A stretch of 64,000 nucleotides of DNA, taken from Rhina ancylostomus. Lineage: Eukaryota. The stretch is taken from assembly GCA_030265395.1 (NCBI GenBank), contig JARFYF010000084.1, forward strand, positions 84,608,357-84,672,356, given 5' to 3'. Below, piece by piece: positions 24,661-38,500 of this stretch. A model generated the notes under the pieces. That model was given only the letters and a program-made list of their open reading frames with translations. It made no database searches and had not been told where the DNA came from. The stretch's first letter is position 1; the number at the start of each line of letters is the position of its first letter. The position numbers and the translations under genes were made by a program.

Positions 24661-25064
24661 TTGTAGTTCCATAATCCTTAATGTTTTCACTCAGTAAAAT
24701 TTATTGATTTCAATTTTGAAAGATAAAGTTATCCCAGCACTTTTTTGGAAAAGAGAGTTCAAGAATTCCATTAACTTTTGTATGAAGAAGCCCTTCTTCA
24801 CATCATTACTCACCAGCCCATCTCTAGTTTTAAGATTATGCCCTCAGGCTCTGATCTCCATTACCAGAGATAGTTTCTTTCCATCTCCCCTATCAAATTC
24901 TTTAAACATCTCTTTTCAATAACCCTTAGTTATCTTCATTCAAGGGATGACATACCTAGTTTCCTCTTAATTAATTTCTGTTATCAGATTTCATGTTCAT
25001 TAACTTTTTTCAATGAGTTCTTTCCTTCTCTAATCCATCTCCCCATCCCCCCTACTCACAATAG

Positions 25065-25267
25065 ACGATGCAGTTCCAAGGCAGACTAAAGTACCTCCAG
25101 GGACAGAGGAAGAAAGACAGGTCTGGTGCTGCCCTTCCACCACAGTTGGGCTTGTTTTGTATCGCTGTACCTCTGCTGCTCCCATCCATCGGTGAAATGA
25201 AGCTGAAGAGCCTGCTCCTCAAGACCAAACACAAGCTTGATCTCAGCCCCATGACACTTAGTGCAAA
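25065..25267 (+). CDS. AHRR: AHRR coding exon, end of PAS-A and start of PAS-B-like region
   Basis: caatag| ... |gtaagt; 203 nt, phase 0/2; [17 protein letters not shown]...[45 protein letters not shown]. Confidence 0.95.
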
Positions 25268-28200
25268 GTAAGTAACAAAGTCCCAGTCATCTTGAAATGG
25301 CTGCCTGAAAGGGTGGTGGAGCTAGATTCATGAGTAAATTTCAAAAGGGCATTTGATATACATGAGGAAAGGAAAAGGTTTCAGGCTTTTGAACGAAATC
25401 AACAGAAGTGGGACTAACTGAATAGCTCTTCCAAAGAACTAATGCAAACCTTGTTAACCAAATGACCTGCTTCAGTGCGTTACAGATCAATGATTCTATG
25501 AAGTGGGGTTTAATTAATAAAGAAAATATCTCAGAACAGAAATTGTGTTTACTGTTTGAGATCATTTAGGTCAATCTAATAGAAATAGCTTGCAGACAAG
25601 CACACAATACAGGTAACCCTGTTGCATGAGTATATTTACTTACTAAGGATCTGCCACTATTCATTTAACAAAGAAATAAGGCACTATATTAATCTAAAAA
25701 AAACACTTGATTTTCATCTTAATATTTTACAAAATTATCCACAAAAAGGCTTAAGTTCACATGAATCTGGTGTATGACTGTCAGTGTTGACTTGGGTCCG
25801 GTTGTATAGTGATCACATAACTAAACTAGTAATCTAGAGAACATGAATTTGCATTGCATTGGAGGATTTGAGTTTAGTTTGATAAAATCTGAGCTAAAAA
25901 GCTGATGACAGTAAAAGGTTTTGTCTCAAAATCTGTTTGAGCATAGGTATTCTACAAAAGGTTGTAAGAATCAGGATGCCCAGATCTTGGGCTTTGGAAT
26001 TCACTTTCAGATTGGAACAGAGGACCATAGATGAAAATGGTTGTGAGATGATAATTCACCAAGGTCATCAATGACTGCATATAAGGACCACATAAACAGT
26101 GATGGTCTTAATCTGAGGGCTGTTTCAGGGTTAGATAAAGTGCTAACCCTCTCCTTCTGCTGCTAGAGACTCTGATGTGTACTTGGAAGGTGTCCTCCAT
26201 AACTTTCCTTTTAACTTATCATTCCCACCTCCTCCCACTCCCACCATCATCTGGCTGAACTACCTAGATGTTCATACCCCATTCTCCAGATAATCTTCCT
26301 CCGACCACTGCTGCAGTAACTCTTCCACGATGGTGGGTGACCGCATAGGTTGGGCCTGTTCCGCTGTGTACAAGAGCCTTGGGCTTCGGCGTGTTGGACT
26401 TGTTTGGGTGTCTTTACTCTAGATCAGAAATGTCCAACAGCTTGCTAATATCCTTTACAGAGTGTACCTGTTACCCACACCAGGTTTGAGGTATCCATAT
26501 CTCTGGGGTCACAAACCATCGAGGTTTACTTTTAACTGTGGTGGCTTAGCAAACCATTTAATGATATCAAACTGCTGTTCAAAGAGCAAAGCAGTGGACA
26601 ATTAATGCTGGCCTGACCAGCGACCCCTGTGTAAGTAATAAATAATAAAAATATTTAAAAACCTTATAATGGCCCTATTAATCATTCTATATTTATTAAT
26701 ATGAATTGCATTTATCATAAGCCAGACTGTCATTTACTTCTTGTGCTTTAATTTCTTTGTGGTGTTGGTTTTTCTTGACCTGTGGGTCTTGTTAAGTGCA
26801 TAGGAATGAAGCCCAAAACTAAGCACAGTGAAATCACCTTTGCTGATCCCAGCTTTTTATTTTCAGATTTTTTTTTTAAGTAACTTTAAATTCTGAAAAG
26901 GCCATGTTGGAATTTAAACAATGAACCAAGCCTCTGAACCACTAGCTCAGTAATATAAACACAACAGTATCTGTACTGTATATTGGTAACATTTCTCTGG
27001 ATGTAGCAATCAGAAATGGAATGAACGCAATAGTTATGATTGCTTTGCTTAGAGATTGGAGTTCACTCTCAGTGTGTGTAGTGCTATTGCTCACTTGAAT
27101 GTACTGAAAGCATTGGACAAAATTACTTTAAAGGTTGCACACTGATTCATGGGCTCATAGCCATCACATCACTGCTGTGCTGGACTCTGAGAAGGTGGTC
27201 AGACCTTAAAGAGCCTCTCTGCATGGCAGCCTCAGAACCACTGAGGAAAAGACTGCCAGAGAGATGAAGGAAAACACAGGCAGATGGAAACAGACAGCAT
27301 GTAATCCAATCCACTGATTTGGTCTTATGCAACGAGTGGCCTCACATCACTGCGAGGTTCCAGGCCAGTCTGATGGACATTGCAGCAAACTGCACTGAGG
27401 TGCACGACCTGAAACTGCCACAGTTATCACAGAGACACGCTGATCCTCCTGGATATGAGCAATGAAAATTTAGGTTGTAGAAGCTGTGAATTAACCAGGA
27501 ATCATTTCATTCTCATCTTATTGTTGGTCTGCATCAGAGTTTGTTCCCTTTAGTGTAATTGATAAGCAAAACTGTAGGTTGTATCCTTATGCACGAATTT
27601 AGTTCAGTAAGCACAGAAATGGCTGCTGTACAAAACTCTGTCCTGAAGCTGCATGACAGCCACTGGGCAAATGTTAGCCACTGAGAGGGAATTGTGCAGA
27701 GCAGTGCCAGGGCCAATTTCCCAATGAGAGCTAATTGACCTGGAAATGATTACTACTGGGAACTAATGAGAACAAAAGGGCACTGATGCACACAACATGC
27801 ACAGAAGAAACATACACAGATTGCTCCAATTTCGAGGCTGTAGTGTTGCTGCTACTGCCATACCTCCTCCTTCTCCTCCCAGCATCCCACCCCAGCCCTC
27901 TCTGCGACCTTTGCTGATCTCAGATACCGACAAAACAGAGTCGTTAACATCAGAAGTTGTCCTTCAAGGATTCAGCAAGGGTTGGGGGGCATCAGCTGGC
28001 TCCCAGAACAATTAAGGTATTACCTTCACCTCACTCTCTTGAATCCCCACCCCTGACCTATCCTCACATTTCCTCATCCCATTCTCCCCCACAGAAACAT
28101 TTGGGACTAAATCATGACGTGGTTCAGGTGCAAAGTGCTGCATCTCACAAGTTATGGAAAACTGGGTTGTGGGGAGTGGGAGGTGGGAAGAGCAGATAAT

Positions 28201-30487
28201 ATGATATTGAATAAGAGTATCAAGGGATTTGTTACCTGTTGAACATCTCTGTCCCTGCTTTCTGAAGGACTCCTGCTTCTTCCTGGCTTTTCCTGCTCAA
28301 ATGTGATTTATTGGCCAGTGGGCTGAATATTCACTGAAGAGATAAATTCATTTTGTTAGAATTGTGACAGGCAAAACCAAAGTCAGCAGTTTTTTGGCAA
28401 GTACAAAAATCACCTTGTCTGTACACAGGTGATGCCAAGGTCAGTGTTTCAAGCCTTGTCTGCTTTCCTTCAGTCCCTTGTCTCTAATTCCAAGTTCCTC
28501 ACCTCCTCCCCATATCGAAATATTTCAAAGGAACATATTCATCAAACAAATGTACAAAGATCAACATCACCATCTGCTGTTGACAACTGGAACTCTGCAA
28601 GTATTAAACTTGTAGCAAAATTGAAAAACTACAAAACCCAACAATTATTCTGCTTGGAGATGATTTTTACACTTTTCTTATGGACAACACAATCTTAAGT
28701 AAAATGGTGCCACCTCAATTTTGTCCTTGGTTCTACTCATTTTATTTCCTGCTAAACTTGATTCATTGTTTATACCAAACTGAAGCGGTTAGAAATCTGA
28801 AATGAAAAGACAAAATACTGAGCAGGCTTGGCAACATCTGTAGAGAGGGGAAAAAGTAAGGTCCTTGCTTCTGACACAACAATGATTTTCATTCCACTGC
28901 CAATGGCTTCAGTGCCTTCAGCTGCTAAGGGCCCTAAACTCTGGTATTCCATCTGTAGACCACTCCCCATTTCCAGTTCTCTTTTCTGCTTTAAGATGCT
29001 CTCTGAAACCTTTTTCTTTCACAAAACTTAAGCTCACTCCCCTAATATTTCCTTCATTTGCTCAGTGTCAAATTTTGTTTGTTGGTTCTTCTTTCATCTG
29101 CCTGTAGACATGTACAGAACGCACTTTTAATTTTATGTCAAGGTACCTAAGCATATCACAATAACATCTACTTTATAGTTGTGATTTATGTTTTTAAATT
29201 GAGTTAAGTGTGCTGGGTAAATTCAGGTGTTTAAGTCTTTAAGACAGAGTTTAATGTTGTGTGGCATCTCACAGTACATCCAGTGAACTTTTAGCAGAAG
29301 TTCATTGTTCATGTTGTGAGCCTGACCTGCCAGAGTACCCTTCACAAAAGTTAGGGGTCTGTAGAAGCTGTACACAAGGGAAGATGAAATGGCTGAAATG
29401 AAATTGGAATATCTGAATCTCATGGAGAGTCCAGAGCCGGAGGAATTGATTCCTCGTCATCTGGAGCTAAAGTTCTCCTTGAGGCAGTATTTTTTTGGTG
29501 GTTTTGGTCAGTAGAACTGCTGCACCTGTTCACCCAGGGCAAACACCAGCAATACTTCGACCTAAAACGTGCTAATAGTATTCATCTTGGAAGGTCTGCA
29601 TCCATGACTTTGGACAGTCAGGACCCCAAATCACCCTCTTTTTGTATAATAGAGAAAGTGTCCCAGAACCCAGCCCCAGACTGCAAATTTCTTCAGTTTC
29701 CAGCCTTCTCTACCATTCAGTTCAATCGCAGTTGAGCATCACCTTAAATCCATCTACCTGTCATGGTACTGAGATCTTTAATGGTCTTCCCTTGCTAAAA
29801 ACTATTAACCTCACCTTTAAAATTTTAAATAACATAGCCCAACAGTTTTTTTTTGAGGGAGACAGCTGTAGATTTTCATTATTGTTTGTGCAAAGTATTG
29901 TGTCATGACTTCCAATTTTAAGGATAAGCCTGCTTATTCTGAACTTCTTACCAAAAGAAATGGTTTCTGTCAACTCTGTCAAATCGTCTTCAACATCTCA
30001 AATTACTTCTCCCTTTGTAACCTCTTCTTATAATTAGAGCTTGATTTTGTTTTGTTATTTTTTATTTAAAGGTTCTGTTTGGGGGGATTTCTTTTTTTAT
30101 CATGGTAAATTGGGTATTTTCAATTATTGAAAAAGTTCATATATTAAGATTCTTCAACTTATAATTTCTGTATAACACAACTAAATTGAAATTGGTTATA
30201 GTAACAATTACAGACCAGTCCAGGCTTTACTTCAATATCACAAAATCATAATTTTCTTCCATGTCGTTGTACATAGCTTTCTAGTTTTGCCCCATTTCCA
30301 CTGATGCTTTTTTCATCACCATCCTGTCCACAGACAAATAGGACTGGTCGGTATGAGCATTTTTGAAAGGCATGTATGGTCTTTATAAAGCAAAATGAAA
30401 GACAGTGTGAATTATGTATATTTCATATTTATTCATGACACAGAGATTAATTGGTGAAAATAAAATTGATCTTTGAGATTTGATTTT

Positions 30488-30605
30488 CGTGTCTGCGTGG
30501 GTGTCCTCCGAGTGCTACGGTTTCCTCCCACATTCCAAAGATGGGTTTAAATGGGCGGTGCAGACTCGGGCCAGAAGGGCCTGTTAGCACGCTGTAAATA
30601 AAATG
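30488..30605 (+). mobile_element. 5'-truncated HE1/V-SINE with CR1-like tail
   Basis: tctgcgtgggtgtcctccgagtgctacggtttcctcccacattccaaaga ... gggccagaagggcctgtt. Confidence 0.75.
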
Positions 30606-30793
30606 TTAAAAAATGTAATTTAATTTCAGTGATGCTTTCTTTCAGCTTTTATATGTTAAAATTGAAAAAAAAATTCAAGCCCCACTTCAGCTACTGAGGT
30701 GTGGTGCTCAGAACTGAACATGCAGCCAAATCCAGTCGAGGAAGAGAATTACGTAACTCAAAAGTAACTTGTATCCCTTTGTGATGTACCTAG

Positions 30794-30900
30794 GGGCAAA
30801 GCAATTGCAGGATGGTCAGACACAGAGCACCGAACAAGATCAGGTTGCCATTACCTCCACTTTACGGATGTGCTGTGCCGTGCAGAGAATCAAATCCGAA
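30794..30900 (+). CDS. AHRR: AHRR coding exon, PAS-B-like (equivalent to AHR exon 8)
   Basis: acctag| ... |gtaagt; 107 nt, phase 2/1, in frame with both neighbours; GKAIAGWSDTEHRTRSGCHYLHFTDVLCRAENQIR aligns to AHR [36 protein letters not shown]. Confidence 0.88.
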
Positions 30901-31190
30901 GTAAGTTTGTCCTAAACCTCCCTGGCTCTCTCCTCCTAAAACCTGCCTCTTTGATCAAGCTTTTGGACACTCTCTCCTGAGGCACCTTGTTGAAATATTT
31001 TTTATGATGATCACTCTAGTGAAGCATCTTGGATGTCATACTACTTTAAAAGTGCTGTGTCAGTTGTCGTCAGGTAGATTCTCTGCTCTGCACTCCACGG
31101 AGCAAACATTTTCGTATGCAATTATGTACAGGAATCCTGAATGAAGTGACGCGGATCATGTTTGTTTCAAAAATGTTCATGTTCCCACAG

Positions 31191-31332
31191 GGATGAACAC
31201 TGGAGAAAATGGCCTCACGGTCTTCAGAGTGCTCACTAAAGAAGGTCAGTGGGTTTGGTTCCAAACTAATGGCCATCTTCCCCATAGGAACAAATCTGCG
31301 GAATTTGCCACAGTGCCTCAAGAGGAACTCAA
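31191..31332 (+). CDS. AHRR: AHRR coding exon, PAS-B-like (equivalent to AHR exon 9)
   Basis: ccacag| ... |gtaagt; 142 nt, phase 1/2; MNTGENGLTVFRVLTKEGQWVWFQTNGHLPHRNKSAEFATVPQEEL aligns to AHR [46 protein letters not shown]. Confidence 0.92.
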
Positions 31333-31599
31333 GTAAGTTAGTTATTTATAAATAGTATTTCTTTTGGAATTGTTCCTCAGTTATAATATCTCTCAGACTC
31401 CATGTTGTGTTTGAACAAGTAAGTAAAACCATTAAAAGAAGTTAAAAAAGGGCACAAACTTTCTTCATATCTGACGATTTATTTCCTAAATCACTTGCAG
31501 CAGTACTCTAAGGATTTATCTTTAACTCTTGGGAAATCTAGGGTTTTTGCCCAATTGTTTCTAGATGTACTCTAATCTGCAGTTAGTTGTAGCTTCTCA

Positions 31600-32060
31600 A
31601 ATCTGTCTGTATTTTACCTGGATCTCCATTTTTGATTCCCTCCAATCAAATTTCCTCCGTTGTCACAGTATTGAAACAGCTCTATTCAAAGGTGATTGTG
31701 ATTGTGATAAAGGTAGCCTTCTCAACCAGTTTGAGGCCTTTGACACGGTTGACCACACCATCTGCCTCCAATACCTCAGCACCATTTTACACCTTGATAG
31801 GACTACATTTTTATCTATCCAGTCAAAGTTAGTGAATCACCAGCAATGGCTTCTCACACGACCATGCCAATGGGCTGAAGGGCCTGTTTCCGTGCTGTAT
31901 GATTTAAGACTTTATGCTCCTTAAGACCTATCTTTCTGGTCAAGCTTCAGGCCAAGTGCCTTAAATCTCCTTGTGTGGTTCAGCAGCAGTATTTTTCATA
32001 ATGCCTCTGTGATCACCCTGGGACATGTTTGTTCTATTAAAGGTGTTGTCATCATTGTTT
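31600..32060 (+). mobile_element. Decayed L2-type LINE RT fragment with a short CR1-tail insert
   Basis: FDSLQSNFLRCHSIETAL...AFDTVDHTICLQYL in ORF 31565-31924. Confidence 0.7.
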
Positions 32061-32420
32061 TAACCCTACTCTACCTGAAGTAGTTTAGCTGGGTTTAAGT
32101 ATTCATGTAATTCAACATTAATGAGATGCTGCTGACTTATTTATTTACTTACTTGTATGTTCTTGCATCGACAAGTTGTGAAATAATAAGCCCAACAATT
32201 TCTAGCCCTAAAATATGTCACGTGTAAGACACTGAAACAAGCAACACTGAAGCTGACATTATTNNNNNNNNNNNNNNNNNNGTGGCTACTTTGACTAATG
32301 TTAGTAAATGCTTATTTTAAAAGCAAATATTTAAAGTGTTGGGGAACTGTACAGGAAAACTGGTTAACAACAAGCAGCATGTTGTCTACATGTTATATTC
32401 ATGGTTCTGATTTCCCACAG

Positions 32421-33651
32421 GGACACAGAGAGATCCAAGGAAGAGCATCTGAGGAACCAGTCAAACACTGACGAGTCAAGCAGCACCAATGGATTTATGT
32501 ACAGCAACTGCAGTGATATATCTTTGCAATTAAAACAACTGTATGACGAGGCCCCAACAAAAGAAGGAAGAGAAGAGAAATACGAGCCTGTTAGAAATGA
32601 TGGTGGTGTCAACCTGAACGAGCCCCTCAATTTTAGCACATCATTTCCCAGACCTGCAAAGGTTTCCATTGCAGATGACTTATGGGTGTCAGAGTACAGC
32701 AGAGGCCCATCGAATCTGCAGCCCCTGAGGCCCGTGGGCAGAACGAATAATGATCCTGCTCGAGTGGCTAAGGGCTTCTGTGGCAGAAGTAGACTGCTAT
32801 CTGAGCCTCAGCTCAGGGATAACACACAGACCTCCAGCTTTCAAAACATAGTCCAGAACTTCCGGTCTGTCGGAGAAAAGATGCAGCAAAGCCAACTGTT
32901 CAACCTGCAATCTACCAACCTGGAGAGCTACCCAGCTGAAAGCTGCAAATCGGAAGGTGTTACAGCAATGTGCAATCCCATTAGTCAAAGGTCAAGGGAT
33001 CTTCCTGCGGAGTACTGTAACAGCGCAGACATGTTTCAGGGGGTGCAAATCAAAAGCGAGTACAATGTGGAACTGCACAATGGGCTAGGTGGGCCCTTGG
33101 AATCTCCGAGTCATCTCTGGGTTGACAGCGAAATGGGAAAAAAGATGGTGGCAAGCTTTCCAGGACAGCAGCAATTAAAGTGCGATCCCAATACACCAGA
33201 GCAGGTGTCACCCTGTGAGAAACTGAAGGCTCTCCTGCCAACTCCATTCTGTGGAGCCAGCACAGCTAAGGGCAGTGGCGTGTGGATGGTGGGCAGTGCT
33301 TGCAACCACAGTAGGCCTTCAAAGCAAGGAATGGACATGGCTCACTTCAATTCACAGAGAGCCACCCATTCCCATTGCTCTCACAGTGATCAACCCACAG
33401 GCTGTTTGCAAGCACATGCCTTTCCCCGCCATACTATCCAGGATAAAGGTCCAGGTCAGGAGGAATATAAAGTACCACTGCAGTTCAAAGGTCATGATCT
33501 AGTCCACACAGTCATCAAACGAGAGCCCTCACCCTCTCCTCCTTGGTCTTGTGATAATCTGCACAACATACAGGCAGGCTTACAGAAAAATATGCCCAGT
33601 TGTTTGATCAATTCATTGACTCATAAGATTACACAAAATGCATATTTGTAA
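32421..33651 (+). CDS. AHRR: AHRR terminal coding exon, C-terminal repression domain, stop TAA at 33649-33651
   Basis: ccacag| acceptor in phase 2, inside ORF 32401-33651. Contains IKSE, SHLWV, SFPGQQQLKCDP and VIKREP..SPPW, matching AHRR C-terminal blocks (human IKME, SQVWL, TFPTRMHLKTEP, VVKREPLDSPQW, from memory). No AHR-type acidic/Q-rich transactivation domain. Confidence 0.93.
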
Positions 33652-35384
33652 TTTTTTTGAAAACAGAAGAAACCATTGTGCAGTTTTTAAAAGTGCTTGG
33701 TTTAAAGATTGTTGTCTTAAAGTCTGATATGTCACTCCATCGTTGAATTTTCAAATCTATCAGAGAATTTTATTATGAATTGCTTAAGACAATATTGCAT
33801 GTGGAAGTTTGATCTTGCAGCACATGGGAAACATTGAAATGTTCAGCTTTTTTAAAGTCAGTTTTCTTCAAGGAAGATGCTGTCAGAACAACAAGAACTT
33901 GCCTTAAATTGAATCACAGAAACATCATCAAACAAAATTTGACATTGAACCACATATTAGAGTAGCATGACCAATGCTTTGAAAAGTGTCTTAAGGAAGA
34001 AGAGGGAGAGTAGGGCAGAAAAAAATTAGGAAGGGAATTCCGGAGCTTTGGACCGGACCTCCGAAGATACAGCCACCAGTGAAAATAGAATGGAACCCAG
34101 TCTGATCAAGAAATGCATTATGTTCAAGTGGTCCAGAGCAAGTGGGTTTTATTCTCTTCCACTGAGTTCCTGCTCTTGTCCTAAAGACAGGAGCTCAGTG
34201 CTCTACTGATGATATCTTGTTCCAAAATCGATACTTCATCGTTTAAGTCTGTCACGCTGAACCAGTGTTAAATTTTTATAATCATACCTGATTTAGTTCA
34301 ACCATAAACATAAATATCCAGCACAGGATAACTAAACTGCAGTCAGAAGAGAGTGGCCAGACTTCATTCTAGTATGACAAGACTATAATTCTCTCTGTAC
34401 TGCTCCATAAATCCAGCACAGATCAGGAATTGTACCTTGGACCTACTTGACTCAGTATCATACCTGGTGTTTGGGTTTGTCTTCTATTTAACATTAAATT
34501 GGTTGCATTGTTATAATGTACAAGTGGCTCAGCGTGCACAATGTGCAGAAAGCTTTCTGTTCTTTCAAATGGAATGAAAGAAATTAGTTACCTTGCCTTG
34601 GGATAATTTTCTCCATTAAAAGGTACTAACCAAATACAAGTTCTTGCTATGATCATTACATAGAACAACAGAGATTGAGGATGAGTTGCAGACATGTATT
34701 GGATTTATATTGTCTTTGGGCTTATGTGCAGTATTACAATGTCCATCTGTAATAATCACAGTATAGAGATAGAGTAATTTTATTACTGGAGTAGTAATTC
34801 AAGTGCATGAATTCAAATTACCAGATAGAGTGATCATAAAATGGTCAAATTGTCATGGAAACTCATCTGGTTTGCTAATGAATTTCAGAGGAAAAGACCT
34901 ACTGTCCTTCCCTGTTACTCTTAATTCCACTCTGAGAGTGGCTTCACAAACCATTAGGTTATTCACCACCTCTCAAAGCATCCAGGATAGCCCATAAATG
35001 GCACCCTTATCAGTGGCATCCAAATACCATGTATACCTGCAACATAACTCTTTTTCTATGTAACAATTTCAGCAACAATTTGCATTTAAGTAGCACTTTA
35101 CATTCCCCTGGCAAGACGATGTAAATTTTTCTTTGAAAGCACCATTGGTCAAGAGAAGTAAAATTTATCATGAGAAAATAATTCTATCAAATTATTTAAC
35201 ACCAGCATAAAATAGAAGGACCATATTTTATCAACTGATTAGTATCTTAATACCATTTTCCAAATATATAACACACATATAAGAATGTCAGTATTATTTT
35301 TAACAATAAATATTGAGGCAACATTGAGGTCAGGGTTTTGTTTTTAAGTAACATTTTCTCCATTGAATCGCAGCATTATTAAAA

Positions 35385-35503
35385 ACATGATGATGCTGGA
35401 GAAACTCAGCAGGCCAGGCAGCATCGGTGGAGAAAAGCAGGAGGTCAACATTTCGGGTCAGGACCCTTCTTCAGGACTGAAGATGGGCAAGGGGGAAGCC
35501 CAA
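35385..35503 (-). mobile_element. Penelope-like element end with the best-preserved hammerhead motif (35442-35479)
   Basis: Minus strand cagtc-CTGAAGA-agggtc-ct-gaccc-GAAAT-GTT-gac; runs into the gap 35504-35835. Confidence 0.7.
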
Positions 35504-38500
35504 NNNNNNNNNNNNNNNNNNNNNNNNNNNNNNNNNNNNNNNNNNNNNNNNNNNNNNNNNNNNNNNNNNNNNNNNNNNNNNNNNNNNNNNNNNNNNNNNN
35601 NNNNNNNNNNNNNNNNNNNNNNNNNNNNNNNNNNNNNNNNNNNNNNNNNNNNNNNNNNNNNNNNNNNNNNNNNNNNNNNNNNNNNNNNNNNNNNNNNNNN
35701 NNNNNNNNNNNNNNNNNNNNNNNNNNNNNNNNNNNNNNNNNNNNNNNNNNNNNNNNNNNNNNNNNNNNNNNNNNNNNNNNNNNNNNNNNNNNNNNNNNNN
35801 NNNNNNNNNNNNNNNNNNNNNNNNNNNNNNNNNNNTGTTTGTTGCAGTTATACCTTGGAATTAATCATATGGGTTTCCACACATGTGCTTCTTAACATGG
35901 GAATCCTGAAATTAATGTCCATAATTCAGCCTTTCTCCACAGGCTGGAGCTTTGAGCAGCTTTTGCAAATGGAATCCAAAGGAAATTGATTGAATTGGCA
36001 AGAAATTCAGATCATTGTAAACTAGTTTCAGTATGAGTACTAAGGCTTATGTAAACATGGATGAGGCTGAGGATCAGCCATCATTTTATTGAATGGAGGA
36101 ACAGGCTTAATACCCCACTCCAGCTTCTGTCACTAACATTGTTATATTTTTAAACATTACATTTTTTTGCATTACATCTAACTGAGCATTTAATAGCATT
36201 CTAAATGATAACTACTACTCACCCAGTTCTTTGGCCAAAAAAACACATTTTACGGATGTGGATTGTAATTTCCTCAGGAAAAAAAATCAAAATGTGGTGA
36301 ATTTAGGTTAAATTAGTTTTGAATATTTAATTTATTATATTTTAGCTTTTACTTTATCATATGTGTACATTCCAATCTTTATTTTGCACTCTGCTAAATG
36401 TTTAAAATAGTAGCTTAAAAATGAGTTGTTTTCTTCCCGGTTTGGTGTTTCTGATAATTCAGGAACTGCCAGTTTGAGTTTCTGTCTGATAGCAACTGAT
36501 GTTTGTTAAGAGTGTTTCCATGCCTTAAAGATCATTAGATCTTTGCCGAGTTCAGTGGCATATTCCATTACTTCATGCTAACTGCAGAATTTGGGCCATA
36601 ATTTTCCTCATTTATATTTTCAGTACCTTCCGTTTGTTTCTTGGACATTGATTTTTTTCATGAATTTTCCATCACAGTGCAAAAAGGATTCACTTTTATT
36701 CCATCTACAACATCTAGTATTAAAATAAAATGTTGACAATAATCTTTGATTCAGGAATGTTTACTGACTGCTGAAATATGCTATCAATTTTGCTGCTCAT
36801 TTCTTGTAACTAAGTGTAAACAGCAAATAATGTATAGAAAGCACTTATTTATGTAACAACATCATTTAGTCTCAAAACATATGTAATATCCTTAATACTG
36901 TGCTTTTGTTTGCTTTATATAGATGAAAAAATAGCAGTGTTGTGTTGATTTCATTGAAACAAGCACTTGCAGGTCAAGTTCAGGTTGTTACATGGTCACT
37001 GCTTCAATAATGTGCCTTAAAAGAAACTTAATAAAAATACTGCTGTGGGAAAGAGATGTTTGGCAGGTCATAAACTATGATGATTAAACTTCTATTCCAT
37101 GCCATTTCCCCTCTTTACTTTTACAGAGTGCAGTATTTTTGTGCTAAGATGCACCATCCACTATTATTTTAGAGACTATTGAAGTGGATGTATCAGATCT
37201 TTTGCAAGCTTTTTAATCATATTTTATGTTCAGCTCCTGGTTGAAGTAGAGTTCTACACACTGAGTTGAGATGAAGGGCAGTTTCCAGGTGTGTCAGGGA
37301 CAATATAAGGAAGTTATGTCATGTCTTCTGCTGTTGTGACATTTCTATATGGATTGGTATGCCTGCATCTTTTAATGGAAATAGTCTGTGTTAAATCAAG
37401 GCCTCTGCGCACTTGGATGAAAATAAAAGGTCCTGCAAAATTATTTCGAAGAATATCAGGGAAATTCATCCCTGGTGCCCTGGCTCAGGCATCATTGATA
37501 AAACAGTTGATCTCATTATTTTCACATTGTAGGCTGTGAGAGCTTGCCATGTGGAGATTACCACACATCTTACATTAGAACAGTGACAAGAGGTCAAAAA
37601 TACTCTTGGAACTCCCTAAGACAGTGAAAGAAGTGCAAATGTATTTCTTCCTTTCCCTGTGTAAACTCATAATGTTCTATACCCCCTCACTTTTTGTAAC
37701 TCTTCAGTTCCTATTATAAATGTGGATATAAAGAATTTATAAAGATGACAGGACACATGTGCAAACAAAATACTTCTAGTTTTGAATTTTAAAGATATAT
37801 ACAACCACTGTTTTTCAGAAGCTTGTGGAGACAGTTTCCACTGAAAATCATATTTCAAAACATCAATGCAAAATAGTTTACAATATGAGCTTCATTATTT
37901 CCTTATTTAGAATTAAGAATATTTGCCTTAATATTTTTTATAGATAACATGAATTTAACAAGAAAAACACATAGAACATTCAAATTTTTCAATAAACAAA
38001 TATCCTTTAGAATCTTCCGGAGTGAAGGATTTTCATGTTTTTGCCATTTTGCTGTGTATTAATTATTATTTTATAGCTACAAAATATTGAAAATTGTAGT
38101 TTATAAAAACTACCTGGAATAAAAAACATTGTACATATTTTATCAAAACCTTCGTAATTGCTTCTATCAATGCAACTAACATATGCTTGTACACAACAAA
38201 AAAATAGTTAAAAGTACACAAAAAATGATGAGGGTGTGCTTGAAAAGAATGCACTTTGGTTATATATTTTAAATGAGAAACAATGGAAATGTGCGATTTT
38301 CTTCACTCAAAAGGGTAGAGGATAGAGGGAGCATTTAAGAAAAGTCAATGAATTGTGTTTGGGAAAGGGCATCCAAGGATCTGAAATAAAGGCAGGTAAT
38401 TGGAGATGAGTGTGGATCAACCATGATTTAATTCAATGGCAGGTGAATGGATTTTCCCAGATTACATGGAGCTTAAATTATGGCTCTGTCAAAAGACAAT

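Noticed and set aside
11142-33651. Calling the gene AHR (AHR1/2/3) because PAS-B is present
   Set aside because: [21 protein letters not shown], the three SUMO blocks, lack of a Q-rich domain and EXOC3 linkage all favour AHRR.
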